Below are positions 33,679 to 43,247 of a stretch of 64,000 bases of DNA, piece by piece. How positions within the stretch are numbered: the stretch's first letter is position 1; every line of letters begins with the position of its first letter. The notes under the pieces were generated by a model. That model made no database searches, had not been told where the DNA came from, and was given only the letters and a program-made list of their open reading frames with translations. Source of the stretch: SAR86 cluster bacterium (GTDB lineage: Bacteria > Pseudomonadota > Gammaproteobacteria > Magnimaribacterales > AG-339-G14); the NCBI GenBank assembly GCA_023703675.1, contig CP097974.1:1072656-1136655 (forward strand), read 5' to 3'. Position numbers and translations under genes: made by a program.

Positions 33679-34431
33679 TTAAGAGTTAACTTTAAATTCA
33701 AATGTATTTGAATCAGATAAATTACTTGAACTGTCATATATTACCTCTGTGACTTTGACTGTGTCTTTTCGATCAATTGTAATGACAGTTGTCGATCTAG
33801 TCCCATAAATGTCAGAAGTAATAAATCTTGAATCAAACTCGCTTCCATGGTTTTGGTTAATTTGTGCGAGGTTGAATTCATAATTTTTTTTTGGTTTTTG
33901 CATAAGTTCAATTAAATCTTGATGAGTAAAAGTTTGATTTAAGATACTTTTAAAATCCTCTTTTGCACTTTTCAATTTATTTGTTTCTGTATTCAAAGCT
34001 CGATTACCAATGACTACTAATTCTTGGCTGAAATTTTCGATTCCTTGACTGGAAATTATTGAAAAATATTTCAAATCAGAAACAATCAAGTTAAAGCCCA
34101 TGTATTTATTTAATTCGACTTTTTGAACATATTCTTCGGGCGTCAAGGATGAATTTAAAAAATTTTTTACTAAGTCTCCTCGCGACAAAAAATTTTCTTT
34201 TGTATCTGTTTGGTAAAATTCTCTTACGTTAGTCACAGCCGCAAATCTGCCAGATTTTGTTATTCCAAGCCAAGTACCACCTTGTTCTAAATCTTGTCCA
34301 GCAAGTAATCCATCAACATCATTCCACCAAAACATATTTTTAGTTTTTCGTTCGTAAAATTCATCTCTATTCGAAGTAAGAACGAATTTATAATCGCCTA
34401 AACTTGGCATTGATAACAAAATTAAACACAT
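33679..34431 (-). CDS. NRDE family protein (TANGO2/DUF833-like)
   Basis: N-terminal MCLILL (Cys2) and the NRDEFYER motif. 250 aa. Confidence 0.75.
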   Translation of the reverse strand: MCLILLSMPSLGDYKFVLTSNRDEFYERKTKNMFWWNDVDGLLAGQDLEQGGTWLGITKSGRFAAVTNVREFYQTDTKENFLSRGDLVKNFLNSSLTPEEYVQKVELNKYMGFNLIVSDLKYFSIISSQGIENFSQELVVIGNRALNTETNKLKSAKEDFKSILNQTFTHQDLIELMQKPKKNYEFNLAQINQNHGSEFDSRFITSDIYGTRSTTVITIDRKDTVKVTEVIYDSSSNLSDSNTFEFKVNS

Positions 34432-34485
34432 GCTTGAGAAAACTTAAGTTTATCAGAGGTCTTAGATAAGCGATAATGCGATGAA

Positions 34486-35286
34486 ATGATAGAAATCATT
34501 ATCCCTTTAATCTTACTTGGAATTTTTGCAGGATTATTATCAGGTTTTTTTGGTATTGGAAGCGGGATCATTCTTGTTCCAGCTTATATTTTCCTCTTTA
34601 ATTATTTAAATTTTCCTCCTGAATTCATTCCCTTGTTGGCGACCGGAACATCAATGGGAACTATGGCCATTACAATTCCAATGGCGGCATATACTCATTA
34701 TCTAAACAAAAATATTAATTTAGAAATTGTGAAATACATGTTTTTAGCAGCAATTATTTCAACTATGTTTGGTAGGTATGTTGCTGTCTATATTTCAGGA
34801 AGTATTCTACAGATTATAATTGCGGTTTCACTTATCTTAGCTGCAATTCAACTTGCTTTTAATTTTTCTCCAAAAAATAAAATTCCATCTTTTAGCGGAA
34901 TAGAGTTATTCGTGATCGGAGGTTTTATTGCACTTATTACCTCATTCGTTGGAATAGGTGGAGGAATTTTAATGGTTCCATATTTTCAATTCAGAGGTTT
35001 AAAAATTCATGAAGCTGTAGGAACTTCTTCAATCATGGGCTTCTTTTTTGCATTATCAGGATTAATTGGAGGACTTTTATTTGCGCCTATTGATTTAAAC
35101 AAAATTGATTTTGTTTATGGCTCGGTATTTATACCTGCAATTTTAGTAGCCGGATTATCAAGTATTTATTTTGCAAAATATGGGGCTGAGATTTCTAATA
35201 AAATGAAAGGGGAATCTTTAAGAATAGCTTTTTCAATTTTAGTTATTTTGGTTGCCGTAAGAATTTTTTATATTACTTTCCTATGA
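34486..35286 (+). CDS. TauE/SafE family sulfite/anion exporter membrane protein
   Basis: 266 aa with about 8 TM. Duplicated GxGGG-type motifs (GFFGIGSGIILVP, FVGIGGGILMVP). Confidence 0.75.
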   Translation: MIEIIIPLILLGIFAGLLSGFFGIGSGIILVPAYIFLFNYLNFPPEFIPLLATGTSMGTMAITIPMAAYTHYLNKNINLEIVKYMFLAAIISTMFGRYVAVYISGSILQIIIAVSLILAAIQLAFNFSPKNKIPSFSGIELFVIGGFIALITSFVGIGGGILMVPYFQFRGLKIHEAVGTSSIMGFFFALSGLIGGLLFAPIDLNKIDFVYGSVFIPAILVAGLSSIYFAKYGAEISNKMKGESLRIAFSILVILVAVRIFYITFL

Positions 35287-36089
35287 TCATTGATATAAAT
35301 CCTGTTGCATTCTATTTACCTATTCCTTTTGTTGGTTGGTGGCCAGTCTACTGGTACGGGATTAGTTGGGTAATAGCAATCCTATCTATTCATTGGTTTG
35401 CCAAAAGAAATATTGCAACTACTGCAAATTTTACAAAAGAACATGTTGAAGACTTTTTGTTTTACGGCGTTTTAGGAGCGATCATAGGAGGAAGACTTGG
35501 TTACATGCTGTTTTATGGAATGGATCAAATATTATCTGATCCATTTTCCATTCTCAGGATTTGGGAAGGCGGTTTATCTTTTCATGGAGGATTATTAGGA
35601 GTAATTATCGCATTCTTGATCTTTAGTAAAAAAATAAATATTTCTTTTTTCGAATTTTCCGATCACATCGCTGTAAGCTTTCCTCTTGGTTTGGGAATTG
35701 TGAGAATTGGAAACTTCCTTGGAGGAGAGTTACTTGGAAGGCCGACTGACCTTCCATGGGGGATGACCTTTTGGAGCGATCCTCTTCAGTTATCTAGGCA
35801 TCCTTCTCAGCTATATCAAGCCTTCTTAGAGGGGCCAGCATTATTTTTTATAATGTATTTTCTTTTTAAAAGAAAGATGCCTCGAATGGCATTGTCGGGT
35901 TATTTTCTTGTATTTTATGGTTTGTTTAGAATCATAACTGAACAATTTAGAACACCGGATTCTCATATTGGATTTGATTTATTTGATATGATAACTCGTG
36001 GTCAGATTCTTTCTTTGCCAATGGTTTTAGCGGGAATTACCTTATTAATATTTACCTTCAATAAAAATAGAAATGCAACAATATCTTGA
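35283..36089 (+). CDS. lgt: Prolipoprotein diacylglyceryl transferase
   Basis: [31 protein letters not shown] and [12 protein letters not shown] are Lgt signatures. Sits in lgt-thyA synteny. Confidence 0.9.
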   Translation: MIIDINPVAFYLPIPFVGWWPVYWYGISWVIAILSIHWFAKRNIATTANFTKEHVEDFLFYGVLGAIIGGRLGYMLFYGMDQILSDPFSILRIWEGGLSFHGGLLGVIIAFLIFSKKINISFFEFSDHIAVSFPLGLGIVRIGNFLGGELLGRPTDLPWGMTFWSDPLQLSRHPSQLYQAFLEGPALFFIMYFLFKRKMPRMALSGYFLVFYGLFRIITEQFRTPDSHIGFDLFDMITRGQILSLPMVLAGITLLIFTFNKNRNATIS

Positions 36090-36867
36090 TTTAATGAAAA
36101 AAATACTCGACGAAGGAGTTGAAAAATCTGATAGAACTGGAACAGGAACAAAAAGCATCTTTGGTCATCAAATGAATTTCGATCTAAGTGAAGGCTTTCC
36201 CCTTGTAACCACTAAAAAAATACATTTGAAATCAATAATTCACGAACTCATATGGTTTCTCAAAGGTTCTACGAATATTAAATATTTAAAAGAAAATGGA
36301 GTATCAATATGGGATGAATGGGCAGACGAAAGTGGTGAGCTCGGTCCAGTTTACGGGGCTCAGTGGAGATCATGGCCTAATCCAGGAAAAGAACCAATTG
36401 ACCAAATCACAAATCTAATTGATGGTTTAAAAAATAACCCAGATTCTAGAAGACATATTGTCAGTGGCTGGAATCCAACCTTAATCGATCAGATGGCTTT
36501 GCCGCCTTGTCATACGCTCTTTCAATTCTATGTTGCTGATGGAAATCTTTCTTGTCAACTTTATCAAAGAAGTGCAGATGTTTTTTTAGGAGTACCTTTC
36601 AACATAGCCTCATATGCCCTACTAACTCACATGGTTGCTCAAGTCTGTGAATTAAACCCACACAGGTTCGTGCATACTCTCGGAGATGCTCACTTGTATT
36701 TGAATCATTTAGACCAAGCAAATCTTCAGTTAACTAGAGACCCAAAAAATTTACCTCGTTTAAAATTAAATAAAGAAGTTAAGGAAATATTTGATTTTAA
36801 ATATGAAGATATAGAAATTTTAGACTATGAATTCCATCCATTAATTTCGGCCCCAATAGCTGTTTAA
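36073..36867 (+). CDS. thyA: Thymidylate synthase
   Basis: [34 protein letters not shown] (catalytic Cys) and the C-terminal APIAV. Confidence 0.97.
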   Translation: MQQYLDLMKKILDEGVEKSDRTGTGTKSIFGHQMNFDLSEGFPLVTTKKIHLKSIIHELIWFLKGSTNIKYLKENGVSIWDEWADESGELGPVYGAQWRSWPNPGKEPIDQITNLIDGLKNNPDSRRHIVSGWNPTLIDQMALPPCHTLFQFYVADGNLSCQLYQRSADVFLGVPFNIASYALLTHMVAQVCELNPHRFVHTLGDAHLYLNHLDQANLQLTRDPKNLPRLKLNKEVKEIFDFKYEDIEILDYEFHPLISAPIAV

Positions 36868-37349
36868 TGAAGCTTACAATCGTAGCAGCAATAGCAAAAA
36901 ATAATGTTATTGGAAGAAATAATTCTTTGCCATGGCATATCCCAGAAGATCTGAAAAGATTTAAAGAACTTACCTCTGGAAGTCCCGTAGTCATGGGGAG
37001 AAAGACTTACGAATCTATTGGACGCCCTTTACCAAACAGATTAAATATAATTCTTACAAAAAAAGGATTCCAAGCTTTAGATGAAATAAAAGTTTTTAAC
37101 CAGACAAACGAGTTGTTAAATTTCCTTAATGCTCTAGATCAAGAGATTTTTATTATCGGAGGCTCTGAAATTTATAACTTATTAGAGCCGTACTGTTCCA
37201 AGATGGTGCTTACACATGTAATGGAAGAATTTAAAGGAGATGCTTTTTTTTCAATTGATTTAAACAATTGGAGAGAAGTAAAAAGTGAAAGTTTTACCGA
37301 TGAAAAAAGCAAAATTGAATGTGAAATTAAAACTTATATTAAAGATTAA
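36867..37349 (+). CDS. folA: Dihydrofolate reductase
   Basis: IGRNNSLPWHIPEDLKRFKELT, VVMGRKTYESIG and IIGGSEIY. Confidence 0.95.
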   Translation: MKLTIVAAIAKNNVIGRNNSLPWHIPEDLKRFKELTSGSPVVMGRKTYESIGRPLPNRLNIILTKKGFQALDEIKVFNQTNELLNFLNALDQEIFIIGGSEIYNLLEPYCSKMVLTHVMEEFKGDAFFSIDLNNWREVKSESFTDEKSKIECEIKTYIKD

Positions 37350-38740
37350 CTTTCTTCTAAATCCTTCCTTCGTTGCTCTAAAATTTTGACTCTCTTAGCT
37401 TCTTTTTCTGTATAAGATAGCCATGTAAGAGCTTGTGCTCTAAGCTTGTCTTGTTTCTCTTCTTTTAATTTTTTGTCCTTTATTTTTAAGTCAGTTAACC
37501 TATCAAGGGCTTTTCTAAAAAAAATTGTAGCATCATCGAAATTTTGTTTTTCATAAGAAACTTGACCTAAAAGAATATTCACTGTTACCGGATCTTTTAA
37601 TTTTCCTTTCTCCAAACCTAACTTTAAAGAGTCCATTGCTAAATCATATCTATCCGTAGCTAAATAAAGTTGTCCCAAAAACACAAATAACTCGCCTTCT
37701 TCTGATTTCTCAGCTGCTTCCTTGTATAGAGGTTCAGCCTTTTTTAATTCTTGAGACATATGCCAACCTTGAGCCAACATCTTTATATTCTTTTCTTTTC
37801 TTTCTACAAACTCTTCATCGACACCATATTGAAGAGCTTTAGCGGCTTTATAAGGAGCGTCTGCTCGCATTAATAGCTGATACAAAGCTATATATTCCGA
37901 TTCTTTGTCCAACAATCTTTGATCGTGAGCTGCTTCCAATGCTGAAAGCTGATTAGATTCTTGCTGCAAAGTTCCGTACAAAGATGAAAGTTGAACCCAA
38001 TATCTTTTTTTAGGATAAAAATCTACTAACTCTTTATAAAGAGGCAACATTTCGTCAGTTTTTTGAGCTTCATTATATAAAGCCAATAAAAGATTGTAGG
38101 TAGATTCTCTCGGTTTAGAGTTATTTGCTTTAGCAACACACATGGCTGTGTCTGCATTTCTTAAAGCCATTTTCTTTTCATTCAGTTGCCAGTGAGAAGC
38201 AGCCATTATGTCAAATCCTGTTGAGCTGGGATTGGACTCAATGGAAAGCCACTCTTTCATAGTTTGTATAGATTTTCTGTATTCTTCTCTAGAGTAAGCT
38301 ATTTGAGCTAAACTGAAAATTACGTTTGCTTTTAACCTAGGATCTGCTTCTTCAATTTTTAAAAAATTATAATAATCTTTCTCTGCCTCTTTTAATTTAT
38401 CTTGACTGAAATGGACATAAGCATAGTAGTACCACATTTGAGCTTTATCTACATTAGTTAGATCTTCAGAAATTTTCATTTCATCTAATATTTCAAGAGC
38501 AAGTAACAAGTCATCTTCTTCTAAAGCAGGAAATAACCTTTTTAAAAATCTTTGTGCTTTCTGACTAGGCAATTTTGCAACACGTCTTTTAGGCTTTTTA
38601 GCGATTTCGTAATCTTTCAGACATTTTTCAATAGTGTATCCAGGAAAATTAAATTTTCTTTCTTCTTTTTCCTGAGCAATTAAAAACGAACTAAGAAAAA
38701 AACAGACAAAAAATATTGAATAAAAACTTAAAACTCGCAT
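37346..38740 (-). CDS. Tetratricopeptide-repeat protein of the TonB2-type cluster (TtpD-like)
   Basis: Signal peptide from MRVLSFYSIFFVCFF. I prefer the start at 38740 (TGATG junction with tonB); the track start is 38758. Repeated TPR-like helices. Last gene of the six-gene cluster. Confidence 0.65.
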   Translation of the reverse strand: MRVLSFYSIFFVCFFLSSFLIAQEKEERKFNFPGYTIEKCLKDYEIAKKPKRRVAKLPSQKAQRFLKRLFPALEEDDLLLALEILDEMKISEDLTNVDKAQMWYYYAYVHFSQDKLKEAEKDYYNFLKIEEADPRLKANVIFSLAQIAYSREEYRKSIQTMKEWLSIESNPSSTGFDIMAASHWQLNEKKMALRNADTAMCVAKANNSKPRESTYNLLLALYNEAQKTDEMLPLYKELVDFYPKKRYWVQLSSLYGTLQQESNQLSALEAAHDQRLLDKESEYIALYQLLMRADAPYKAAKALQYGVDEEFVERKEKNIKMLAQGWHMSQELKKAEPLYKEAAEKSEEGELFVFLGQLYLATDRYDLAMDSLKLGLEKGKLKDPVTVNILLGQVSYEKQNFDDATIFFRKALDRLTDLKIKDKKLKEEKQDKLRAQALTWLSYTEKEAKRVKILEQRRKDLEES

Positions 38741-39405
38741 CAAATCATCTCCAAACAATTTTGTGGAACATAGCCCGGCCCTTTTCCTTCACCTTCCAAA
38801 ATAAAAGTTATTCTTTGTCTCACTCCCTCTACAGCTACGGCAACACCGTCTCTAATAAGAGGTTTATATTTATATCTTAGCGCAGCTCTTGTTGCAGCTC
38901 TATCAAAAATTCCAGGGGGATTAGCTTGTATAACTACTGGCTCGGAAACAGCTCCTAAAGGAGTAACTGTATATTCAAGAAGCACACATCCCTCTATTCC
39001 TCTTTCTGCAGCTCTTCTAGGATATTGCGGCGGAACTTGGAATATCGGAACATAAGAGCCATCCGCAAATACTCCTTGTCTTTTGGCCTTAAAATTAAAA
39101 TTCAAATTCATGGCGTCATCAAAGTCGTCAACTGTCTCGATATCAACGTCTGGAGGTAGTTGATCAGGCTCAGGTTCAGCCTCATCGGGTCTTTCAAAAT
39201 TATCGATAAGTTCTAAATCTTTTGGAGGCATTACAACGTCTACAATTTTTCGAGTTTTTACATCATCTAATGAGACGTCTCCAGTTGCAATTAGAACTGC
39301 CATTAACATCAAGGAAGCGATTGATATCGTTGTACCAGCAGCGGCAGAAAGCCCATATTTCTGGTAAACGTTGTCTAAATCAGTATTTAAAAATTTTTCA
39401 ATCAT
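38740..39405 (-). CDS. tonB: Energy transducer TonB
   Basis: N-terminal TM. Acidic/Pro-rich spacer PDEAEPEPDQLPPDVD. C-terminal domain YPRRAAERGIEGCVLLEYTV...ALRYKYKP. Confidence 0.85.
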   Translation of the reverse strand: MIEKFLNTDLDNVYQKYGLSAAAGTTISIASLMLMAVLIATGDVSLDDVKTRKIVDVVMPPKDLELIDNFERPDEAEPEPDQLPPDVDIETVDDFDDAMNLNFNFKAKRQGVFADGSYVPIFQVPPQYPRRAAERGIEGCVLLEYTVTPLGAVSEPVVIQANPPGIFDRAATRAALRYKYKPLIRDGVAVAVEGVRQRITFILEGEGKGPGYVPQNCLEMI

Positions 39406-39816
39406 TTAAAAATTAGGTTCTGACGCAATCGAAATATCAACCACTCCAGCTTCTCTAACTTCATCCATAACCGCAACTATTTTTTCGGCTGTTGATTTTA
39501 CATCTGCTTGAATGACTACCGATCCTTGAGGGTTTTCAGCAATCAATCTAATTACATTAGCTTTGACCTGCCTCACGTCAATTCTTCTCCCGTCCATGTA
39601 AATTTCACCTGCGGCTCCTATAGCAATTAAAATGGCTGCATTTTCAGTAATCTCTGATGTCTCTGAATCTGGACGATTTATTTCTAATCCCGGTTCTTTA
39701 ATAAAATTAGCTGTAACAATAAAAAAGATTAATAAAATAAAAACCACATCAAGCATTGGCGTAATATTTGGCTCTTCTGTGTCTTCTACTGCTTGGTTAA
39801 TAAGTGATCTTCTCAT
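39406..39816 (-). CDS. exbD: Biopolymer transport protein ExbD/TolR
   Basis: 136 aa. PNITPMLDVVFILLIFFIV is the ExbD N-terminal signature. Confidence 0.9.
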   Translation of the reverse strand: MRRSLINQAVEDTEEPNITPMLDVVFILLIFFIVTANFIKEPGLEINRPDSETSEITENAAILIAIGAAGEIYMDGRRIDVRQVKANVIRLIAENPQGSVVIQADVKSTAEKIVAVMDEVREAGVVDISIASEPNF

Positions 39817-39823
39817 AATCTTT

Positions 39824-40348
39824 TCATTCGTATGTTAAACGTTCAGATAACAAATCTGTTTTTTTTCGAACGTTACTATCAAGCCATCTTGCTGCAATGC
39901 TTGCTGGAATAGCTGCCATTAAACCTGCCATCGCAGGAATTGTTGATCTTGCAACGCCGCCTGCCATCGCTTTAGCATCTCCGCCGCCAGTCACAGCTAA
40001 AATGTGAAAAACTTCGATCATGCCAATAATTGTACCAAGCAAACCAAATAAAGGCGCTAAGGCAACGCAAACTCTTATAAATTCAATATTAGTTTTAATT
40101 TGTTGTTCGGCCTTTGAAATAAGCATGACTCTTATCACATGGCCTTCCCAAGATTTATGAGTCTTTACCTCTGACCATTCTTGAATGGTGTCTCTTTCAA
40201 CTGTGGGATGAATAAATTGAAAATACCAAATTCTCTCAAAAATAAAAAACCACATAACTAGTATTAGGAAAGCGATCAATAAGACTACTCCCCCTCCCTT
40301 CTCCAAGAATTCAAAAAGTATTGATTGAAGGTTATAAAACCAAGCCAT
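39824..40348 (-). CDS. exbB: MotA/TolQ/ExbB proton channel protein
   Basis: 174 aa. LAPLFGLLGTIIGMIEVF and the downstream TM are typical of ExbB. Confidence 0.9.
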   Translation of the reverse strand: MAWFYNLQSILFEFLEKGGGVVLLIAFLILVMWFFIFERIWYFQFIHPTVERDTIQEWSEVKTHKSWEGHVIRVMLISKAEQQIKTNIEFIRVCVALAPLFGLLGTIIGMIEVFHILAVTGGGDAKAMAGGVARSTIPAMAGLMAAIPASIAARWLDSNVRKKTDLLSERLTYE

Positions 40349-40352
40349 AGCT

Positions 40353-41747
40353 TTAACTTGTTACTTGTTGAGTTTCTTCTGCTCGAGCTGCAACCATTCC
40401 TGTACTTTGCTCCTCAAGAACTGAAAGTATACCTTTGGAGTAATTACTTAAAGCTGCTGCCATAAATGTAGTTGGAATTGCACTCATAAGCCCTAACATA
40501 GTTGTAACTAAAGCTTCAGATATTCCTCCCGCCATAGTTTTTGGATCGCCTGTGCCAAACAAAGTTATAGCTTGGAAAGTATTAATCATTCCAATAATTG
40601 TTCCAAATAAACCTAGGAGAGGAGAAATAACAGAAATTAATCTCACAACCCAGATGTACTGATCAATGGACTGTCTTTCTACGAGAATTTGTTCTGCTAA
40701 TTTTAATTCGAGAGTTTCTGTGTCAGTTTTGTTTTCATTTGCAACAGTAAAGATCCTTGAAAGTGGATTATCAGATGATTCTTCACCGCTAACTTCTTTT
40801 TTAATCGCATTGTTTATTGTGAACAAGGAATAAAATCTCCAAGCGAAAACTCCTGTAGCAAGTAAGAAAAGAAGAATTATAGTATAACCAGTGATTCTTC
40901 CGTATTGGATTTGTTCAAAAAAAGACGGTAATGATATTAAATTTACTAACAATGCTCCGCCTTGAGGACCAGTTGGATCCAATGCAAATTGGACAAATCC
41001 GGAATCTTCATCAAAGATATCGTAGGAACCATCTAAAAATCTACTTGGTTGTTTTGGTAAGGTTTCATATGCTCCTCTACCTTGAAGATAAGTAAGATAC
41101 TCTCCCTCAGATACAACGTTAAAATTTCCAATTCGAACAACCTCCTCTATTGAAGCGTCACCATTATTATCAATTACTGTGGCAGAGAATTTTTCTACAC
41201 TACCTGACGCAACAAGCTCTCTTGAAAGTTCGTACCAAAGCCTTTCCAATTCTTCTATAGTAGCAACGCTTACTCCTTCTCCCATCTTCTTAGCAAGGCC
41301 ATCTAAGAATATTTCTCTATCTTGACCAAATTGGCCTGAGGTAAGAGAGGTTTCAAAAGTTGCTTGCGTATCAGACGCAACACCTTGAAGGTGACCAAAA
41401 GTCTCATAAAGCGAACCCAATCTTGTCTTTAATTGATCTTCTAACAAAACGAGCTTAGCGTCATTAGCTTCAAAGGTAGTTTCTAAACGAGACGCTTCTG
41501 CTTCTAGACGAGCTCTTTCAGCTTTAGCGTTTGCTAAAAGCGTTGCCTGTCTATTCTTTTCTTTAATAAATCTCTCTTCTCTCTCAGCCGCTTCCTCAGC
41601 CTCTGCGAATCTTCCTTGCTTAACTAATTCTAAAAGTTGATCTAGATCTAATGCTATGTTTTCAGGTTTATCTTCGTTTTCTTGAGAAGATATAAATCCC
41701 GAAAATAAAAGAGATAAAAATAAAAATAATTTAACTAATGTTTTCAT
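40353..41747 (-). CDS. Large MotA/TolQ/ExbB-family protein with periplasmic coiled-coil N-domain (TtpC-like)
   Basis: 464 aa. Signal peptide and a coiled-coil region (ANAKAERARLEAEASRLE). The C-terminal ExbB-like module carries SPLLGLFGTIIGMINTF. Confidence 0.8.
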   Translation of the reverse strand: MKTLVKLFLFLSLLFSGFISSQENEDKPENIALDLDQLLELVKQGRFAEAEEAAEREERFIKEKNRQATLLANAKAERARLEAEASRLETTFEANDAKLVLLEDQLKTRLGSLYETFGHLQGVASDTQATFETSLTSGQFGQDREIFLDGLAKKMGEGVSVATIEELERLWYELSRELVASGSVEKFSATVIDNNGDASIEEVVRIGNFNVVSEGEYLTYLQGRGAYETLPKQPSRFLDGSYDIFDEDSGFVQFALDPTGPQGGALLVNLISLPSFFEQIQYGRITGYTIILLFLLATGVFAWRFYSLFTINNAIKKEVSGEESSDNPLSRIFTVANENKTDTETLELKLAEQILVERQSIDQYIWVVRLISVISPLLGLFGTIIGMINTFQAITLFGTGDPKTMAGGISEALVTTMLGLMSAIPTTFMAAALSNYSKGILSVLEEQSTGMVAARAEETQQVTS

Positions 41748-42508
41748 TGAATTACCTCAGCTGCTGGTACTGGCAACTCAAGCATTCCAACTGTCTTAAG
41801 TTTCTTTGCCATAGAAATTCCATCTCTAACAGGTCTTTGATACCTTCCGGGTAGACTTTCCCAACTTTTGGTCTCCTTATTCCAAATTCCTGTCTCATCC
41901 AGATCAGTAGTTTGATAAGCCAACACCATTCTGCCAACTCTTAAAATGTTAACTTCTCTTTCTTGGTCATCAATAATAACCGTGTCTTTATAAGTGTCTA
42001 TTTTTCGACCATACTCAGCTTCTACATTAAATCCTTCTAAAACTTGTCTGAGTTTTTCAGCAGGAGAAACCGTAGGATTATCTAAGGCATCTTGAATAAA
42101 TTTTAGCCTTTCTGTCCTTTCTCCTGTTCTGAAAGGAAGATCTAGTTCAACAAATTTACTTAGCCCCTCGTGCATTCTTCTTGATAAAGGAGGAATTTGC
42201 CTTTGAAGGACAGCTGCATATTTCATTGTTTCTTCAATTTCTTCCATCCTAGCAATCTGTCTTTTAATTTGTTTTTTCTTTTGAGCGTTGTAAACCTTCA
42301 ACCCCTCAATTTGCTTTGTAACGCCTTTATATTCTGAAGAGTCTTGGTCTATTTTGACTTGAGAGGAATCGATTTTTTCTTGGGAAATTGCAGCGTTGTC
42401 AGCTCTAACTTTATTTTCTTGCAAAACAGGATCTACTTGAGAGAGAAGATTAAAGGAAACTAGGAAAAGAATTGTGAGCAGAGATCTATTTATCTTTAAA
42501 AATAACAT
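41744..42508 (-). CDS. DUF3450-like periplasmic coiled-coil protein (TtpB-like)
   Basis: First gene of the cluster. I prefer the ATG at 42508, which is preceded by AGGA; the track used a TTG at 42547. Signal peptide MLFLKINRSLLTILFLVSF. Coiled-coil middle region. Confidence 0.65.
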   Translation of the reverse strand: MLFLKINRSLLTILFLVSFNLLSQVDPVLQENKVRADNAAISQEKIDSSQVKIDQDSSEYKGVTKQIEGLKVYNAQKKKQIKRQIARMEEIEETMKYAAVLQRQIPPLSRRMHEGLSKFVELDLPFRTGERTERLKFIQDALDNPTVSPAEKLRQVLEGFNVEAEYGRKIDTYKDTVIIDDQEREVNILRVGRMVLAYQTTDLDETGIWNKETKSWESLPGRYQRPVRDGISMAKKLKTVGMLELPVPAAEVIQ

Positions 42509-42677
42509 ATTTGTCCTCATTTTTTTTACAAAAAAAAGGGGACCCAATAAAATAATTACTTAAATTACCCCCTTTAAAGTCTCACTTTAAGTAAAATAAA
42601 ATTATCTTGCAACAATTAATATACTAAAAAAATGAGAGAATGGATTTTAACCCTTATCCATCCGAAAATCTAAAAAA

Positions 42678-43247
42678 ATGACTATAGTCCAAACTAATGA
42701 ATTCAGAATAGGCATGAAGATAATTATTGATAATAACCTATGCGAGATTATTGATCATCAATTCCATAAACCCGGCAAAGGACAGGCGGTAATGCGAGTA
42801 AAATATAAAAATCTCTCTACCTCTCAAGTATTGGATAAAACCTTTAAGACTGGAGAGACAGTTGAAAAAGCAGATATTGAAATTTCAAAAATGCAATTTC
42901 TGTATTCGCAAGAAGATCATCTGGTATTTATGAACTCTGAGACTTTTGAACAAACTAATGTAGAAAAAAACTTAATTGAAGAAAAAGTAAATTGGATGAC
43001 CGAAGGCGAAGAATATGAAATATCAATATGGAATGAAAAAATAGTGAGCGTAGAAATTAAAAATTTTGTAGAGATTGAAATATCGGCTACTGAGCCTGGA
43101 TTCAAAGGAGATACCTCTACAAATACTTTAAAAGACGCGGTTTTAATAAATGGAATAGAAATTAAAGTTCCTCTTTTTATTGAGCAAGGAGATATTGTCA
43201 AAGTGGATACCCGTAATTGCGAATATCAAAATAGAGTGAATAAATGA
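42678..43247 (+). CDS. efp: Elongation factor P
   Basis: 189 aa. HKPGKGQAVMRVKYKNL carries the modified Lys loop (KPGKG). Confidence 0.95.
   Translation: MTIVQTNEFRIGMKIIIDNNLCEIIDHQFHKPGKGQAVMRVKYKNLSTSQVLDKTFKTGETVEKADIEISKMQFLYSQEDHLVFMNSETFEQTNVEKNLIEEKVNWMTEGEEYEISIWNEKIVSVEIKNFVEIEISATEPGFKGDTSTNTLKDAVLINGIEIKVPLFIEQGDIVKVDTRNCEYQNRVNK

Noticed and set aside
42556-42594. A 9-bp inverted repeat (ttacttaaa ... tttaagtaa, 21-nt spacer) upstream of the TonB2-type cluster as an operator.
   Set aside because: The arms are almost purely A/T in AT-rich intergenic DNA. A chance occurrence cannot be excluded and no known motif matches.
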